This document shows, one piece after another, positions 23,193 through 36,114 of a stretch of DNA of 64,000 nucleotides (the stretch's first letter is position 1; the number at the start of each line of letters is the position of its first letter). The translations under genes and the position numbers were made by a program. Origin of the DNA: Octopus sinensis (Eukaryota); the NCBI RefSeq assembly GCF_006345805.1, contig NC_043014.1:40982001-41046000 (forward strand), read 5' to 3'. The notes beneath the pieces are model-generated. The model did no database searches. It was not told the DNA's origin and saw only the letters and a list, made by a program, of their open reading frames with translations.

Positions 23193-23652
23193 AGCATTTT
23201 TGAGAAAAACTTATATTTACGAAGTTATTTCACCTGAAAGTTCTCGTATTTCGGTAATTTCAACCAATCAATGACGTGTATTCAGCTGAATAAAATTACT
23301 GCTGTTGTTTGTCAACAAGAACTTCCGGCGGTGTATATTTCGATTGTCACTGTTATTTATGACAACCCTAAAACCCTCACCCTGATCCTAACCATAACCC
23401 TAACCCTTACCCGAAAGCCCTAAGACCTAACCCTAAACCCTAACCCTACAACCTTAAAACTAGTACAAACACACGAACGATGTCATAAATAATAGTGACA
23501 AACAGAAAATACACCACCGATAGTTGTTGTTGACAAACAACGGCAGTAATTTTATTCAGCTGAATACACGTCACTGATTGGTGGAAATTACCGAAATAGG
23601 ACTACTTTAACGTGAAATAACTTCTTAAATATAAGTTTTTCTCAAAAATGCT
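23193..23652. mobile_element. Fold-back element with arms of about 172 bp around a degenerate (CCCTAA)n core
   Basis: 23193-23364 and 23481-23652 are inverted copies. The spacer contains accctaa repeats. Shares ttcaaccaatcaatgacgt and ctggtagaat motifs with the Merlin-like MITE. Confidence 0.8.
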
Positions 23653-25046
23653 TACAATAAAAGTTGTGTTAGGGGAGAGTCATAATTCTATTCAATTTTA
23701 TTTATACAGGAGACAATTACATGAATTGTTAATAACAACACAGGTGGGTTTACAAAAATGCGGGTATGTAAAGTTATGAAAAATTAAACAGCTTTGATGA
23801 TTATGGAAGTTGTTCAAAGTAAACACTTTAAAAAATTTTTATGTAGAAATAATGACACAGAGGGGACAAACAAGGACAGACGAACGGATTAAGTCGATTA
23901 CATCGACCCTAGTTCGTAACTGGTACTTATTTAATCGACCCTCCAAAGGATGAAAGGCAATGTCGACATCGGCGGAATTTGAACTGAGAACGTAGCGTCA
24001 GACGAAATACTGCTCGGTATTTCGCATTTCCCTCGGCGCACTAAAGGTTCTGCCAGCTCGAATAGTAAAAAAAAAAAAAAACTGCATGAAGGAGATAATT
24101 TCGCGAATTCGCTGTGCTCGGTTGAGACCCAACAAAGGACCAGCAGAGAGCAAGATAGCACCAATTACGTCTATGCTGCACCAATTGCCTCAATGCTGTG
24201 TATGTATATGTATGTCTAACTGAGATAGAATATGATGTTATACGTGTATTGTCCCACTTACATAAAGAAGTTACGTGACATCAATCCTCGCAGACTGTGG
24301 AAGAATAGGCGATGCGTCCTACACACATACGCACACGCACGCACGCATACATACATACGTTCATGTATACATTCATGCATACACACACACAAGCGCGCAC
24401 ACACACACATATATACACGTGGCTCTCTTTCTATGTCTCTATCTCTCTTTCTCTTTCTCTTTCCCGCCTTCCTCTCTCTCTATATGTATGCATGTATGTA
24501 TGTATGTATGTATGTATACATATATATACATACGTACATATAAATACATACACACACACGCACAGACACACACACAATTATACATTCATACACATAGTTA
24601 CGTATACACACGCACACAAAACATATATTTATATGTATGTGTTCAAATACATACATGCATACATAGATACATACATAGATACATACATACATAAATACAT
24701 ACATACATACATACATACATACATACATACATACATACATACATACATACATACATACACGTGTACATTTGCTTACAAAGGGACAAAGTAAAGCAGATAT
24801 GTAATGTTTATATAAAAGTGTTCACGTTTATTTGTACACGTAATACAGAAGTGACACAAAACGGCTCAGATTTGAACACAAAGCTCTTAGTAGGCACGCA
24901 CACCCACCTCTGATACATTCTACATACAAATACAGAAATACAGCAACAATTTTCTTTGTCAGAATTCTATGCAGACAAAACAAATAAGTTTGGCCATAAT
25001 AGTAGGTTTTGGCAGTTCTTACCGGAATCATAATTTTCAAGATTTA

Positions 25047-25350
25047 TCTTTATATATAAAATTGAAGTTGTGTGTGTGAGACTCTGTCTCCTCCGAATTA
25101 GATTCCTAACTACTCCCACATTTTGCGGTGCAGTTTAACCAAAAGCGGGTACCTTATAGTCGTCATTCATATCGAGCCCTTCTGGGTATTAGCGTGCGTC
25201 TACGATGAATCTACGATTTTAAAAAAATTACCATCATTTTTCCGCATTTTTAATGATTTTTGCTCGGTTTATATAAGGGAAGTAACTCTCTAAAATGCTT
25301 ATATAGTTATTTCCCTTACAAACCCGAGCAACGCCGGGCGATACTGCTAG
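25047..25350 (+). mobile_element. Non-autonomous Helitron
   Basis: 5' A|TC, 3' hairpin CCCG-AGCAACGC-CGGG then CTAG|T. Second copy at 29228-29624. Confidence 0.8.
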
Positions 25351-26799
25351 TTATATATATATATTAGAAAAAACCCACAATAGTCTATTATGTATTTTTT
25401 TCGTTCTTTTTTCATATACTGCTTAGATTCGCTCTGTCTTTCATTTTCCGCGGGTCGCTATAATAATAAGTAGCAGTTAAGTTAGTGGTGGGGATATTTT
25501 ACTGGTTCCAAAAAGATAAAATGTAAAATTGGCCTCGGCCGTAACTATAAAATTACAAGATATTTTGTTCTGCTATCCACAGCTCCCATACCACCGCAAT
25601 TATAAAAAGAAAACAGTAAAATACCAATATTGATTGCATTGATTTCCTTTCGGACACAGGCATTCTCTATAAGGTTAAGCTAAGCATATTGAATCAAATT
25701 TCTTGCACGTTGGAGCTTCTTTCTTTTGCCGCCATCTCCATGGCTTGACTCGCTTCGCCAGTATCTTGCATTGCCACGTCTGTGAGATTATTACCCAGCT
25801 TCTATTGGTCACTATCTTTTTTCTAGCTTTCCCGTCTCTGCAAAGTCTTTCGCTGGCAGAGATCTCGGCACTGTTACGTTCCGAGGCAGTCGACGGCGCA
25901 TCTCTTTGCCCCTGCGCTTGCAGTTAGTCTTGGCACTGCCATTGTCACAGCAGCCAACATTCTTCTCTCGTGTACCTTGATTTGTGCATCATGTGATTTC
26001 CAGTTTGCTGGACGTAAGTCATAACTCTTGCACATCAAATTTTGTTGGCTACGCGACTTTGTTCATTTCTCTTTGAGCTTTAGACTTTCGTAAGATCTAT
26101 TCGGAAGTCAGGCAGCATTACGAAAGTTCTTTTGTGCTCTTGTGCATTACTTACTCAAAGCACGGTGCTCTCACGCCTATTTCTTTATTCTTCCTTCCAT
26201 GCCACATTTCTTTCATTTGTATCGTTCATTTAACCTCCCCGTTTTATTCTCTGGGGTTGGTTCTGTAGCATTTCTGTAACTCACAGACACGCTGTTTCCT
26301 CTTATTTTCTTTATTTAAAGGGAAAAATTTGACAAGACAGTCAGCCACCGGCTGACACTCGCTGACGATACATCGAAGAGGCTAGGGAACAGAAGAAAGA
26401 AGACATGCACCCAACACCAGAGCTGAAGACACCTCCGAAAGTGGGGGATCCGCCACGTCAAAACGGTAGAGGAGTAGGGGCCGAAACCGAACGGGGTTCC
26501 TCCTGATGATGTCTTCAGCTAACTGGATCCTATAAAGGAGCTGTTGTGGTAGCAGCCCACGAAACACAGTTGTAATTCTCCTGCAATTTTGATACCACCA
26601 TTTTCACCAAAGTCATTTCCACTTTCACATTTCTTGTTATCACTTTACCCAACGCTTCCGTTCCAGAGATGAATTTACCTGAAAGTATTTCGCTGTACAG
26701 AATCGATCATATTGATCTTAATAGTTTGAGATGGCGACCGGCAGACAAAATGTTGCCAGGTAACACTCCTCGCTACCTCTTCGTCTGGCTATATCAATA

Positions 26800-27030
26800 A
26801 GGCGGCGTTGGCAGACTCGTTAGCGCGCCGGGCGAAATGCTTAGCGGTATTTCGTCTGTCGTTACGTTCTGAGTTCAAATTCCGCCGAGGTCGACTTTAC
26901 CTTTCATCCTTTCGGGATAGATAAATTAAGTACCAGTTTCGCAATGGGGTCGATGTAATCGACTTAATCTCTTTGTCTGTCTTTGTTTGTCCCCTCTATG
27001 TTTAGCCCCTTGTGGGCAATAAAGAAATAT
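26800..27030 (+). mobile_element. SINE family B, full length
   Basis: ggcggcgttggcagactcgttagcgcgccgggcgaaatgc...aaagaaata. Confidence 0.85.
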
Positions 27031-27324
27031 ATATCAATAACGATTTCTTATATTGGTACAATACGCCGATTTTGTGTTGTGTGCATGAGTGTGTGTGTAT
27101 ATATATATGTAAATTTGTACGCATGTGTGTGTGAGTGTGTGCGTGTGTGTGTGTGTGTGACTACCGTCATCAATAACCACCTCCAATAAAAATATAAATA
27201 TAATGAAAAAAAAAATAAGAAAAAAAATCAGTCAGTATTTCTTGTCTAACAGCTTACGTTGATCCGAATTAGCCAAACGTAATCTGTTTCACTACTGTTG
27301 GCATAAATCGCACACATCTTCGTC

Positions 27325-27329
27325 TACGC

Positions 27330-27372
<43 letters not shown>

Positions 27373-27390
27373 CACGCACCACACTTCATA

Positions 27391-27434
<44 letters not shown>

Positions 27435-28020
27435 ATCATACACACACACACACACACCACACTCATACACACACCACTCATACACACACACATGCAACCC
27501 ACACACACACACTCATACACCGCACACACACACACACACTCATACACACACACACACACACACATCATACACACACACACACACACACACACAGCACACT
27601 CATACACACACACACTCAATACAACACACACACACACACACACACTCATTACACACGTCCACACACACACACTCATACACACCACACACACTCATACACC
27701 CACAACTCATAACATACTCATACAAACACACACTCATACACACACACACTCATACACACACACACACACACACACACTCATACACACACACACACACACT
27801 CATACACACACCACACACTCATACACACACACACACGCACAAACACACACACACACACACACTCATACCACACACACACACACTCATCACACACCACACA
27901 CACACAACACATGCACACACACACACCACACACACACACAAACACGCACACACACACATACACCCACACTCATACACACACCACACACACACACACACAC
28001 TCATACACACACACGCACAG
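27325..28020. repeat. Degenerate (CA)n/(CACTCATA) microsatellite of about 700 bp
   Basis: Directly visible. Confidence 0.95.
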
Positions 28021-28214
28021 AGTTTTCTGTTGGATTCGATTGAATCGACTATAAAATTCTAAATCAACACAGAAAAGAATCTAATTCTATCGTGCAATAG
28101 TTTTAAATCCACCACGAATTAAGATGCTTATCGATGTGCTAATTCTACATACAAATATACTTATTCAGCACATTGTGCAAATAACTCAATTTATGGCGTA
28201 ATATTTAATCGATG

Positions 28215-28430
28215 CGGAGGCGCGATGGTCCAGTAGTTAGCGCAGCGGACTCGCGGTCGTAGGATCGCAGTTTCGATTCCCAGACTGGGCGTTGTGAGTG
28301 TTTTTTGAGCGAAAACACCTAAAGCTCCACGAGACTCCGGCAAGGGTGGTAGTGGCGAGCCCTGCTGTACTCTTTTACCACAACTTTCTCTCACTCTTTC
28401 TTCCTGCTTCTATTGTACCTGTATTTCAAA
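28215..28430 (+). mobile_element. SINE family C, 3'-truncated
   Basis: Family-C head and body ending at gtatttcaaa, followed by a duplicated 18-20-nt insert. Confidence 0.85.
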
Positions 28431-28552
28431 GTGCCAAGGACTCCAAATTTCATAGTGCCAAGGACTCCAAATCTGTTGCATTTCATATATAATGAGAGTA
28501 TTACTGAAATATGAAATTAATGACTGTTGACCACAAGTATGTATATTCTAAG

Positions 28553-28925
28553 TGTGGAGGCGCAATGGCCCAGTGGTTAGGGCAGCGGACTCACGGTTAA
28601 AGGATTCCGAGACCGGGTGTTGTGAGTGTTTATTGAGTGAAAACACCTAAAGCTCCACGAGGCTCCGGCAGGGGGGTAGGGGTAGCGAACCCTGCTGTAC
28701 TCTTTCACCACAACTTTCTCTCACTCTTTCTTCCTGTTTCTGTTGTACCTATATTTCGAAGGGCCAGCCTTGTCACACTCTGTGTTACGCTGAACCTCCC
28801 CGAGAACTACGTTAAGGGTACACGTATCTGTGGAGTGCTCAGCCACTTGCACGTTAATTTCACGAGCAGGCTGTTCCGTTGATTCGGATCAACTGGAACC
28901 CAGGTCGTCGCAACCGACTGAGTGC
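28553..28925 (+). mobile_element. SINE family C, full length
   Basis: Head ggaggcgcaatggcccagtgg through tail gtcgtcgcaaccgactgagtgc. Confidence 0.9.
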
Positions 28926-29227
28926 CACAATTTAATCGATAAACTAATAAGTTGTTCGTATGAAATTTGTCACAATTCATTTGATGAATAATTAATAGAA
29001 TTTCTGAACGACTCTCGAGATGCCTACACGCATATAAATGTACTTTTGCGCAATGCAGTGAGAATGAATTTTGAGTAACCCATTCACTAATTCACTTTGT
29101 GATCATGAGTGCACCAGCCCTCACATGTGCGTATGCTCAAATTTTTGCGGATGCTTGTATGAGCGAGTGTACTCGCGTCATGCAGCTTACCCGAGGGCGT
29201 TTATACATTCATATCTGTTAACGGTTA

Positions 29228-29624
29228 TCTTTATATATAAAAGTAAAGTTGTGTGTCTGTCTCCTACGATTTAGATTCCTAACTACTCCCACATTTTGCG
29301 GTGCAGTTTAACCAAAACTGGGTATCTTACAGTCGTGATTCATATCGAGCCCTTCTGGGTATTAGCGCGCGTCTACGATGAGTCTACGATTTAAAAAAAA
29401 ATTTACCATCATTTTTTTCCATTTTTAATGCATTTTTTCGCTATTATATAAGGGAAGTAACTCTCTAAAATGTCTACGATGAGTCAACGATTAAAAAAAA
29501 ATTTACCATAATTTTTTTTCCATTTTTAATGCATCTTTTTGCTATTTTTTGGCTATAACTCTCTAAAAATGCTTATATAGTTATTTCCCTTACAAACCCG
29601 AGCAACGCCGGGCGATACTGCTAG
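29228..29624 (+). mobile_element. Non-autonomous Helitron with an internal duplication of about 90 bp
   Basis: A|TC start and the same 3' hairpin plus CTAG|T as 25047-25350. The tctacgatgagtc...ctctctaaaa segment occurs twice. Confidence 0.8.
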
Positions 29625-29930
29625 TTTTTAATACATTTCTCGCTGGATTGCGTGTTCGTTTCTCTTTTTGTCATCTGCGTTTTTATTTTTGATCTTCTAT
29701 ATAAATGAAGATATTTTCTCCGTCTGGCTGTTTTTCTCTCTACAAAACAGAAAGTTACATTGCGGAACAGTCATTTTAATGAGTTGTATTTATTTATTAT
29801 CCGACTAGATACATCTGCACCACCGGATGCTCCTGAACCAGTTGTTGAGATTCCCACCCAAAAGGAATCGATGCTAGATATCTCGAAACATTAATGATTC
29901 TCGTATATTCCATCTTCTGTCTTTCATTTG

Positions 29931-29974
<44 letters not shown>

Positions 29975-30021
29975 AGAGAAAGAGAGAGAGACCAAAGTGA
30001 ACGTACGCCGCTATATATATA

Positions 30022-30330
30022 TCTATATATATATAAAGATGAGAATGTGTGTCTGTCTGTGTGTCTGTGTGAATCTCTAAAACTTGAGAACTACATAAAC
30101 AATTTCATTCAAATTTTACACATGCCTTACTTAGGGTCCATGAAGTGTCATATGCCAAAAAAAATGTTAAACTTCTTGCCTAGTGCGAGCCCACAGCAAT
30201 ATCATATCTGCTCCACTATTTCAGTATTACGTGTCAACAGTGAAACAATAACATCTCTCTTTTGAAATGTCAGATACTTTCACTTTAATAGTTTCACTTT
30301 AATACTGAAACTATTAAAGTGAAACTATTA
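30022..30330 (+). mobile_element. Probable 5' part of another Helitron-like element
   Basis: A|TCTATATATATATAAAGATGAGAATGTGTGTCTG resembles the other Helitron 5' ends; no 3' CTAG terminus found. Confidence 0.45.
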
Positions 30331-30994
30331 TCTCACATATATACAGGCATACATACATATAAACATACATATGAGCAAAACGCTTCATTTCATGTTGCTC
30401 CAGTTTACTCAGCTGGAAAAAATGACTAATCCTGCAACGGACCGGCGTCCCGTCCAGGTGGGGAATTTCTACGACACTGAAACAGGGAAACCGGCCCTCA
30501 TGAGTCTGGCATGGCTCGTGAAAGAACATTAATTTTTTTTTATATGATGTAATGTAGTTATTTGCGGGCAACTCGCAGAAGCTTCTAACAAGTTACTCAT
30601 CAAAAGGTTAAGATGAATTACCCAAAGAAGAAAAAGAAATTGTTGCAACTTGTGATGGAATAATTAGTAATGATATTAATGGTTTCATTCCAATAGATGA
30701 TAGACATACGCAAACTTTCGTAATGAGAAATAATGAACCGAATTGATCAAATAAATTCTAAGAAATAAGATGAAAGGAAATATAAAATCGACTATATTGA
30801 TATTTAAACTAAAGAATGTAACATACCAAACTTAATTGTATAAAACATCTAGTACGGTGCTCTACTGCTCGCATTAACTTTAACGATTTTAGATTCTTAA
30901 CATAGTTACAACTGAAGAGAAAGATTTTTTTGGTAGGGAGGAGCGAGGAGGTAAGGCATTAGATATTATAGATATTATAGGAAGTCTCGATAGT

Positions 30995-31315
30995 GAAGGC
31001 ACATGACTTAGTGGTTAGAAGTGTTCGGTTCACTATCATAAGGTCATGAGTTCGATACCCAGCGGTACGTTGAATCCCTGAGCAAGACCTTTATTTCGCG
31101 TTGCTCCAGTCCATCGAGCTGGCAAAAATGAGTGGTGCTTGTATTTCAAAGGGTCAGCCTTGTCATACTCCATGTCTCGCTGAATCTCCCTGAGAAATAC
31201 GTTAAGGGCACACGTATCTGGGCAACGCTCAGCCACCTTCACGTTAATTTCACGAGCAGACTATTCCGTTGATCAGATCATCTGGAACCCTCGTCGTCGT
31301 AACCGACAGAGTGCC
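30995..31315 (+). mobile_element. SINE family C variant
   Basis: tRNA-like head (gagttcgatacc) and family-C 3' half (gttaatttcacgagcag...ccctcgtcgtcgtaaccgacagagtgc). Confidence 0.7.
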
Positions 31316-31544
31316 AGTTTTAATAGGGAGTTTCGGCATTATTTCCTCATGTCCCAAGGCGCTGAGCTAGGAGAATCGTTAGCATACTGGACGAAAAGCT
31401 TAGTGGTATTTCGCTCGTCGCTACATTCTCAGTTCAAATTCCGCCGAGGTCGACTTAACCTTTCATCCTTTCGGGGTCGATAAATTAAGTACCAGTTGAG
31501 TAATGGGGTCAGTGTAATCGACTGTCACTCTCTCCAAAATGTCA

Positions 31545-31880
31545 GGTGAGCATATTGGGCAGCAAGTTGATTCCGTTGGTTTCTGTTGGTGGCTGTTTTC
31601 ACTGCGTCTGTCCATGTGATATTGGCCTTTCTCATGTCGGTTATGAATGTTCTACGCCGTGTATCTTTTGGTTTTCCACTCTTACTTTTTCCCACCGGGG
31701 GTATCCATATGAAATCTGTTTTAGCATGGCGTTGTTCTGGTAGCTGGGGTATGTGACCCACTAGTTTTAATCTGCGTTCCGTTGTGATTTCACTCAGTCG
31801 TCCTATGCTGGTTCTTCTTAAAATACCTTCATTGGTTGTGTGATCTTGCCAGTACATTCTTAGAATCCTTCTGAAGGTAG
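31545..31880 (-). pseudogene. RTE-clade LINE 3' ORF fragment (family without zinc fingers)
   Basis: FRRILRMYWQDHTTNEGILRRT...RRLKLVGHI...WIPPVGKSKSGKPKDTRRRT...TW..A...A.NR. Confidence 0.75.
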
Positions 31881-31907
31881 TACAATATTATCATTACTAT
31901 TTACGAA

Positions 31908-32270
31908 GGCGGCGAGCTGGCAGAATCGTTAAGCACGCCGGGCAAAATGCTTAGCGGTATTTCGTCTGCTGCTACGTTGTGAGTTCGAATTCCGCCGAGG
32001 TCGACTTTGCCTTTCATCCTTTCGGGATCGATAAATTAAGTACCAGTTACGCACCTAACCCGTTTGTCTGTCCTTGTTTGTCCTCTCTGTGTTTAGCCCC
32101 TTGTGGGTAGTAAAGAAATAGGTATTTCGTCTGCTGCTACGTTCTGAGTTCAAATTCCGCCGTGGTCGACATTGCCTTTCATTCTTTCGAGGTCGATGGA
32201 AAAATAAGTACCAGTTACACTCTGGGGCTGATATAATCGACTACCCCCATTCTCCCCAATTTTTTAAGGC
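31908..32270 (+). mobile_element. SINE family B with a second body unit (dimer)
   Basis: Head ggcggcgagctggcagaatcg; junction GAAATAGGTATTTC at 32115-32128. Confidence 0.85.
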
Positions 32271-32583
32271 CTTGTGCCTAGATTACAAATAATTATTATT
32301 ATTACTTATTTCATCATTCTCTGAAGAAAAATCAAAGCCAGCCTCCAGTAGAATTTGAACTAACAATCTTCAGATACAGATCACTGAGCAGGCAGCACTA
32401 CCCAGGCTAGCTACCAGCTCTGAGCAGGTAGCACTATCACCGTTCCCTATTTTCTCGGACTCGCTCTGCGATAGAAAACATTTTCTTACATCTTTTCAAT
32501 AGTGACAAGAATTTCCAATGGGATGTATTTAATTATAACCATTCAACATACTTTAAACTTGCAGCATTTTTGTATCCTGTTGC

Positions 32584-32619
<36 letters not shown>

Positions 32620-33559
32620 TTTTCATTTTTTCTATAAAATATTATTTTCTTTTTTTTATTAAAGTTCGTAAGGAATAACAGAGAATAAAGATGGGTGGGG
32701 AGGAATGAAGAAAATTTAAACTTAAAGACTGGGCGAGAGGAGAAAAGAAAGAATAGAAAAAGAAAAACAGAAGGAAGAAATAATTGAGGGACTGATAAAT
32801 AGAGGGTTCAACATAACAATACAAGGCACATGATATAACCACTAAGACGCTGGTCCTTAATAAATATCACCTGTGACCCGGTGGAGGATTGACAAGGAAA
32901 TATGAGTGTAGCATTGTGCTTTGAGAACGAGGGCTATAATTATTATGTCAGAATTAATTGTGTAACGAGCACATTGGAGGATAAAGAGCTCACAGCTTAG
33001 TACAAAAGTTGCAAAAAAAAAAAAAGGGACAATGGTTCGACAATGCAAGGGAATTCCTCAGTGTCTAGTTAACGAAATACTTCAAAGAAATACGTAATTT
33101 ACTTATTGTAATTCACAGATATATCAAGTACAGAGATACAATCACCTGCTTTTTTTTTTTTTTTTTTTAAATGATTAACGGTCCCTAACTTAAAGATATA
33201 CTACATCACGAAACAATCAATCAAAATTAAAGACAAAAAAAAAAAAGAAGAAAAAGAATCTTTTCCGCCCGCCCGCTGGCAGATCTAATAAGCGGGTTAA
33301 TTCTGATGTCAGTAATTGATCTGCTGAAAACACAACTGTTATACACTGCTGTCTTTTTGTTTAACACCATTAGAGTTTCTGAGCCAAACGGGAGAACAGA
33401 ACGAGACACTTGGGCGCGGCTGTTTAAGACGGTGATGTTTTGGAACGGCCGAGTGGACATTCGACCTATTTTGGCGATTGTACGTTTTGGCGCAGGAGGT
33501 AAATATACACACGCGCATACACATGCACGCGTGTAGAAATACCCTCAGACAGATATAGA

Positions 33560-33606
<47 letters not shown>

Positions 33607-33608
33607 AG

Positions 33609-33640
<32 letters not shown>

Positions 33641-33671
33641 GAGAAAGACACTAAACGAGCATACAAATATA

Positions 33672-33880
33672 TATTTCTTTACTCTCCACAAGGGGCTAAA
33701 CACAGAGAGGACAAACAAGGACAGACAAACGGATTAAGTCGATTACATCGACCCCAGTGCGTAACTGGTACTTAATTTATCGACCCCGAAAGGATGAAAG
33801 GGAAAGTCGATCTCAGCGGAATTTGAACTCAGAACGTAACAGCAGACGAAATACGGCTACGTATTTCGCCAGGCGTACTG
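33672..33880 (-). mobile_element. SINE family B
   Basis: Family core on the minus strand. Confidence 0.85.
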
Positions 33881-34279
33881 TTTACATACATACACAAAGT
33901 AAAGAGGGGTAAAACGAGAGAAGTGTCAAAACGTTAAAATGTCTGATGTGAAATAAGTCAGGTCAGTAGTGAATCAGCGACGCTAAACAGGCAACGCCAC
34001 AACGGCTGTTCCAGGACATTTCGTACCCATCGAAGAAGCCTTTGTGTTGTCGTACGGCCTCACATAAATCGCAAACAAGATTTTCCTGATATCGTAAACA
34101 ATGAACTCATTGGATAACGTTCTCCTTGGTACACAATAGATGACCATGGTCGCATTACTTTTGATCATAGCTTTACTCATTCATGGTTAACCAGGGGCAA
34201 AGCAGCAACAACAACAACAAAAACAACAACAACAACAACAACAACAATAACAACAACAAGAGCTTACTATCATTAAGGA

Positions 34280-34650
34280 AGGGAGGAAGCACTCCGTCGG
34301 TTACGACGACGAGGGTTCCGGTTGATCCGAATCAACGGAACAGCCTGCTCGTGAAATTAACGTGTAAGTGGCTGAGCACTCCACAGACACGTGTAACCTT
34401 AACGTAGTTCTCGGGGATATTCAGCGTGACACAAGATAGTGACAAGACCGGTCCTTTGAAATACAGGTACAACAGAAACAGGAAGTAAGAGTGAGAGAAA
34501 GTTGTGGTGAAAGAGTACAGCAGGGATCACCACCATCCCCTGCCGGAGCCGCGTGGAGCTTTAGGTGTTTTCGCTCAATAAACACTCACAACGCCCGGTC
34601 TGGGAATCGAAACCGCGATCCTATGACCACGAGTCCGCTGCCCTAACCAG
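34280..34650 (-). mobile_element. SINE family C, full length, (GTT)n tail
   Basis: Reverse complement of the family-C consensus. Confidence 0.9.
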
Positions 34651-35060
34651 TGGGCCATTGCGCCTCCACACTATCACTTAACGAAACAAATTTCTTTATT
34701 TTACAAGATCTGTTGATATTTCTTAGACTGGTCCTATTCTTAATCAGCACATATCCAGCATACAGACAAACGCAAACACATACACAAACATCAGCAATCA
34801 CTGATGCTTCCCAACCACATGGTCCCGGGTTCAGTCCCACTGAGTGGCACCTTAGGCAAGTGTCTTCTCCTAAAGCCTCGGGGCGGCCAAAGCCTTGTGA
34901 GGGGATTTGGTAGACGGAAATGTAAGGAATCCTGCTGTGTGTGTGTATATGTGTGTGCGCGCATGTGTTTGTGGTGTGTGTGGTGTGTGTATTTGCGTGC
35001 GTGTGTGTGTGTGTGTGTTGTGTATGTTTGTGTGTGTGTGTGTGGTGTGTGTATAAAGAA

Positions 35061-35432
35061 ATGATAGAGACAGACGGAAAATGGAATGTACGAGAAACAT
35101 TATTGCTCACAACGATCGTTTCGGCGCATCCTGCATTGATCCCCCGCATGTGGGATACTGTACAACTCGTTGTGGTGCATCCCTCGGTGCAGATGCAAAC
35201 TTTTAGGCTTAAGCCTAACGGCTTAAACATACTGTCACTAAAACCGAGCGAGACAGAGTTTATTTAACGAGGTACACCTTATAACATCACCTGAGGAGAT
35301 ACGTCTGCAGCGATAGAAACATCACAACCTGATGAACAGCATCCTACCCGCGAGGGATCGATGCAGGATGCTCTCGAAATGATCGTTGCGTGCAATAAAG
35401 TTTCTCGTAATTCCATTTTCCGTCTCTATCAT
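35061..35432 (+). mobile_element. Fold-back Penelope-like remnant: inverted arm, ORF end, hammerhead-bearing repeat
   Basis: Arms of about 80 bp at 35061-35143 and 35353-35432 are inverted. The internal frame ends QMQTFRLKPNGLN..., resembling the GIY-YIG C-terminal P.GLN motif. Hammerhead at 35322-35391. Confidence 0.6.
35322..35391 (+). ncRNA. Type I hammerhead ribozyme motif
   Basis: Stem I TCACAAC/GTTGCGT (the inverted arm has the perfect GTTGTGA). CTGATGA at 35329-35335. Stem II AGCATCCT/AGGATGCT with an unpaired base. GAAA at 35376-35379. Minimal stem III ATGAT, AUC triplet. Confidence 0.6.
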
Positions 35433-35770
35433 TGGTTGTATACTCAACTTACACAAAGGAATTACCCGGGTAGATCCAACGACAATTGTATAAATACCGC
35501 AGATGACGTCAGGTAGCCATAGGCAGTGAATATATTTCATCGGCTTACGACTAAGAACATACCAAACACTTAAATATTTACTTATATATATATATATATA
35601 CATTAATTATATATACATATATATATATTATATATATTACTATATACATTAATTATATATACATATATATGTATATATAATTAATGAAAATATAATTAAT
35701 CATTCGGAGTACACCATTTCTGCACCTTGATTACACAAATACACACACATATTAAAAGTGGGGAAGTTCG

Positions 35771-35842
35771 GTTTATGGGATTACCCTGGGTTTCCCGTCC
35801 ATAAACGGTTTAATTTTATGGCGTATCGTCAGACCACAAAAC
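35771..35842 (-). ncRNA. Type I hammerhead ribozyme motif
   Basis: Core CTGACGA (35832-35826). Stem II CCATAAA/TTTATGG with a mismatched base. GAAA. Stem III ACCC-A-GGGT, GUA triplet. Imperfect stem I. Confidence 0.6.
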
Positions 35843-36114
35843 CTGTTGGCCTAAGACCGCTTCTAAATATAGAGTGGGGAAAAGCCTCGCTACAGAGGCA
35901 TACAATAGGGGATAATCTCCCTTGGCTATCGAATTTCGGCCATATTGCGGGATCCAAAAGGCTAGCAGGAATTTCCTAAAATGTAAACATGGCCCGAAAA
36001 TTTCCGTTTGGGAGTTAAGGATGCTCCCTGGTTCGGGCGAAGCTTTTAGGATTCTCGCGTGTTCAGCTAAGCATTACTTGCTTATGTGTGTGTCTGTTTT
36101 GTGTGTGTGTATAC

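Noticed and set aside
25700-26300. Possible decayed LINE or host exon
   Set aside because: All frames are interrupted and no motif could be matched convincingly.
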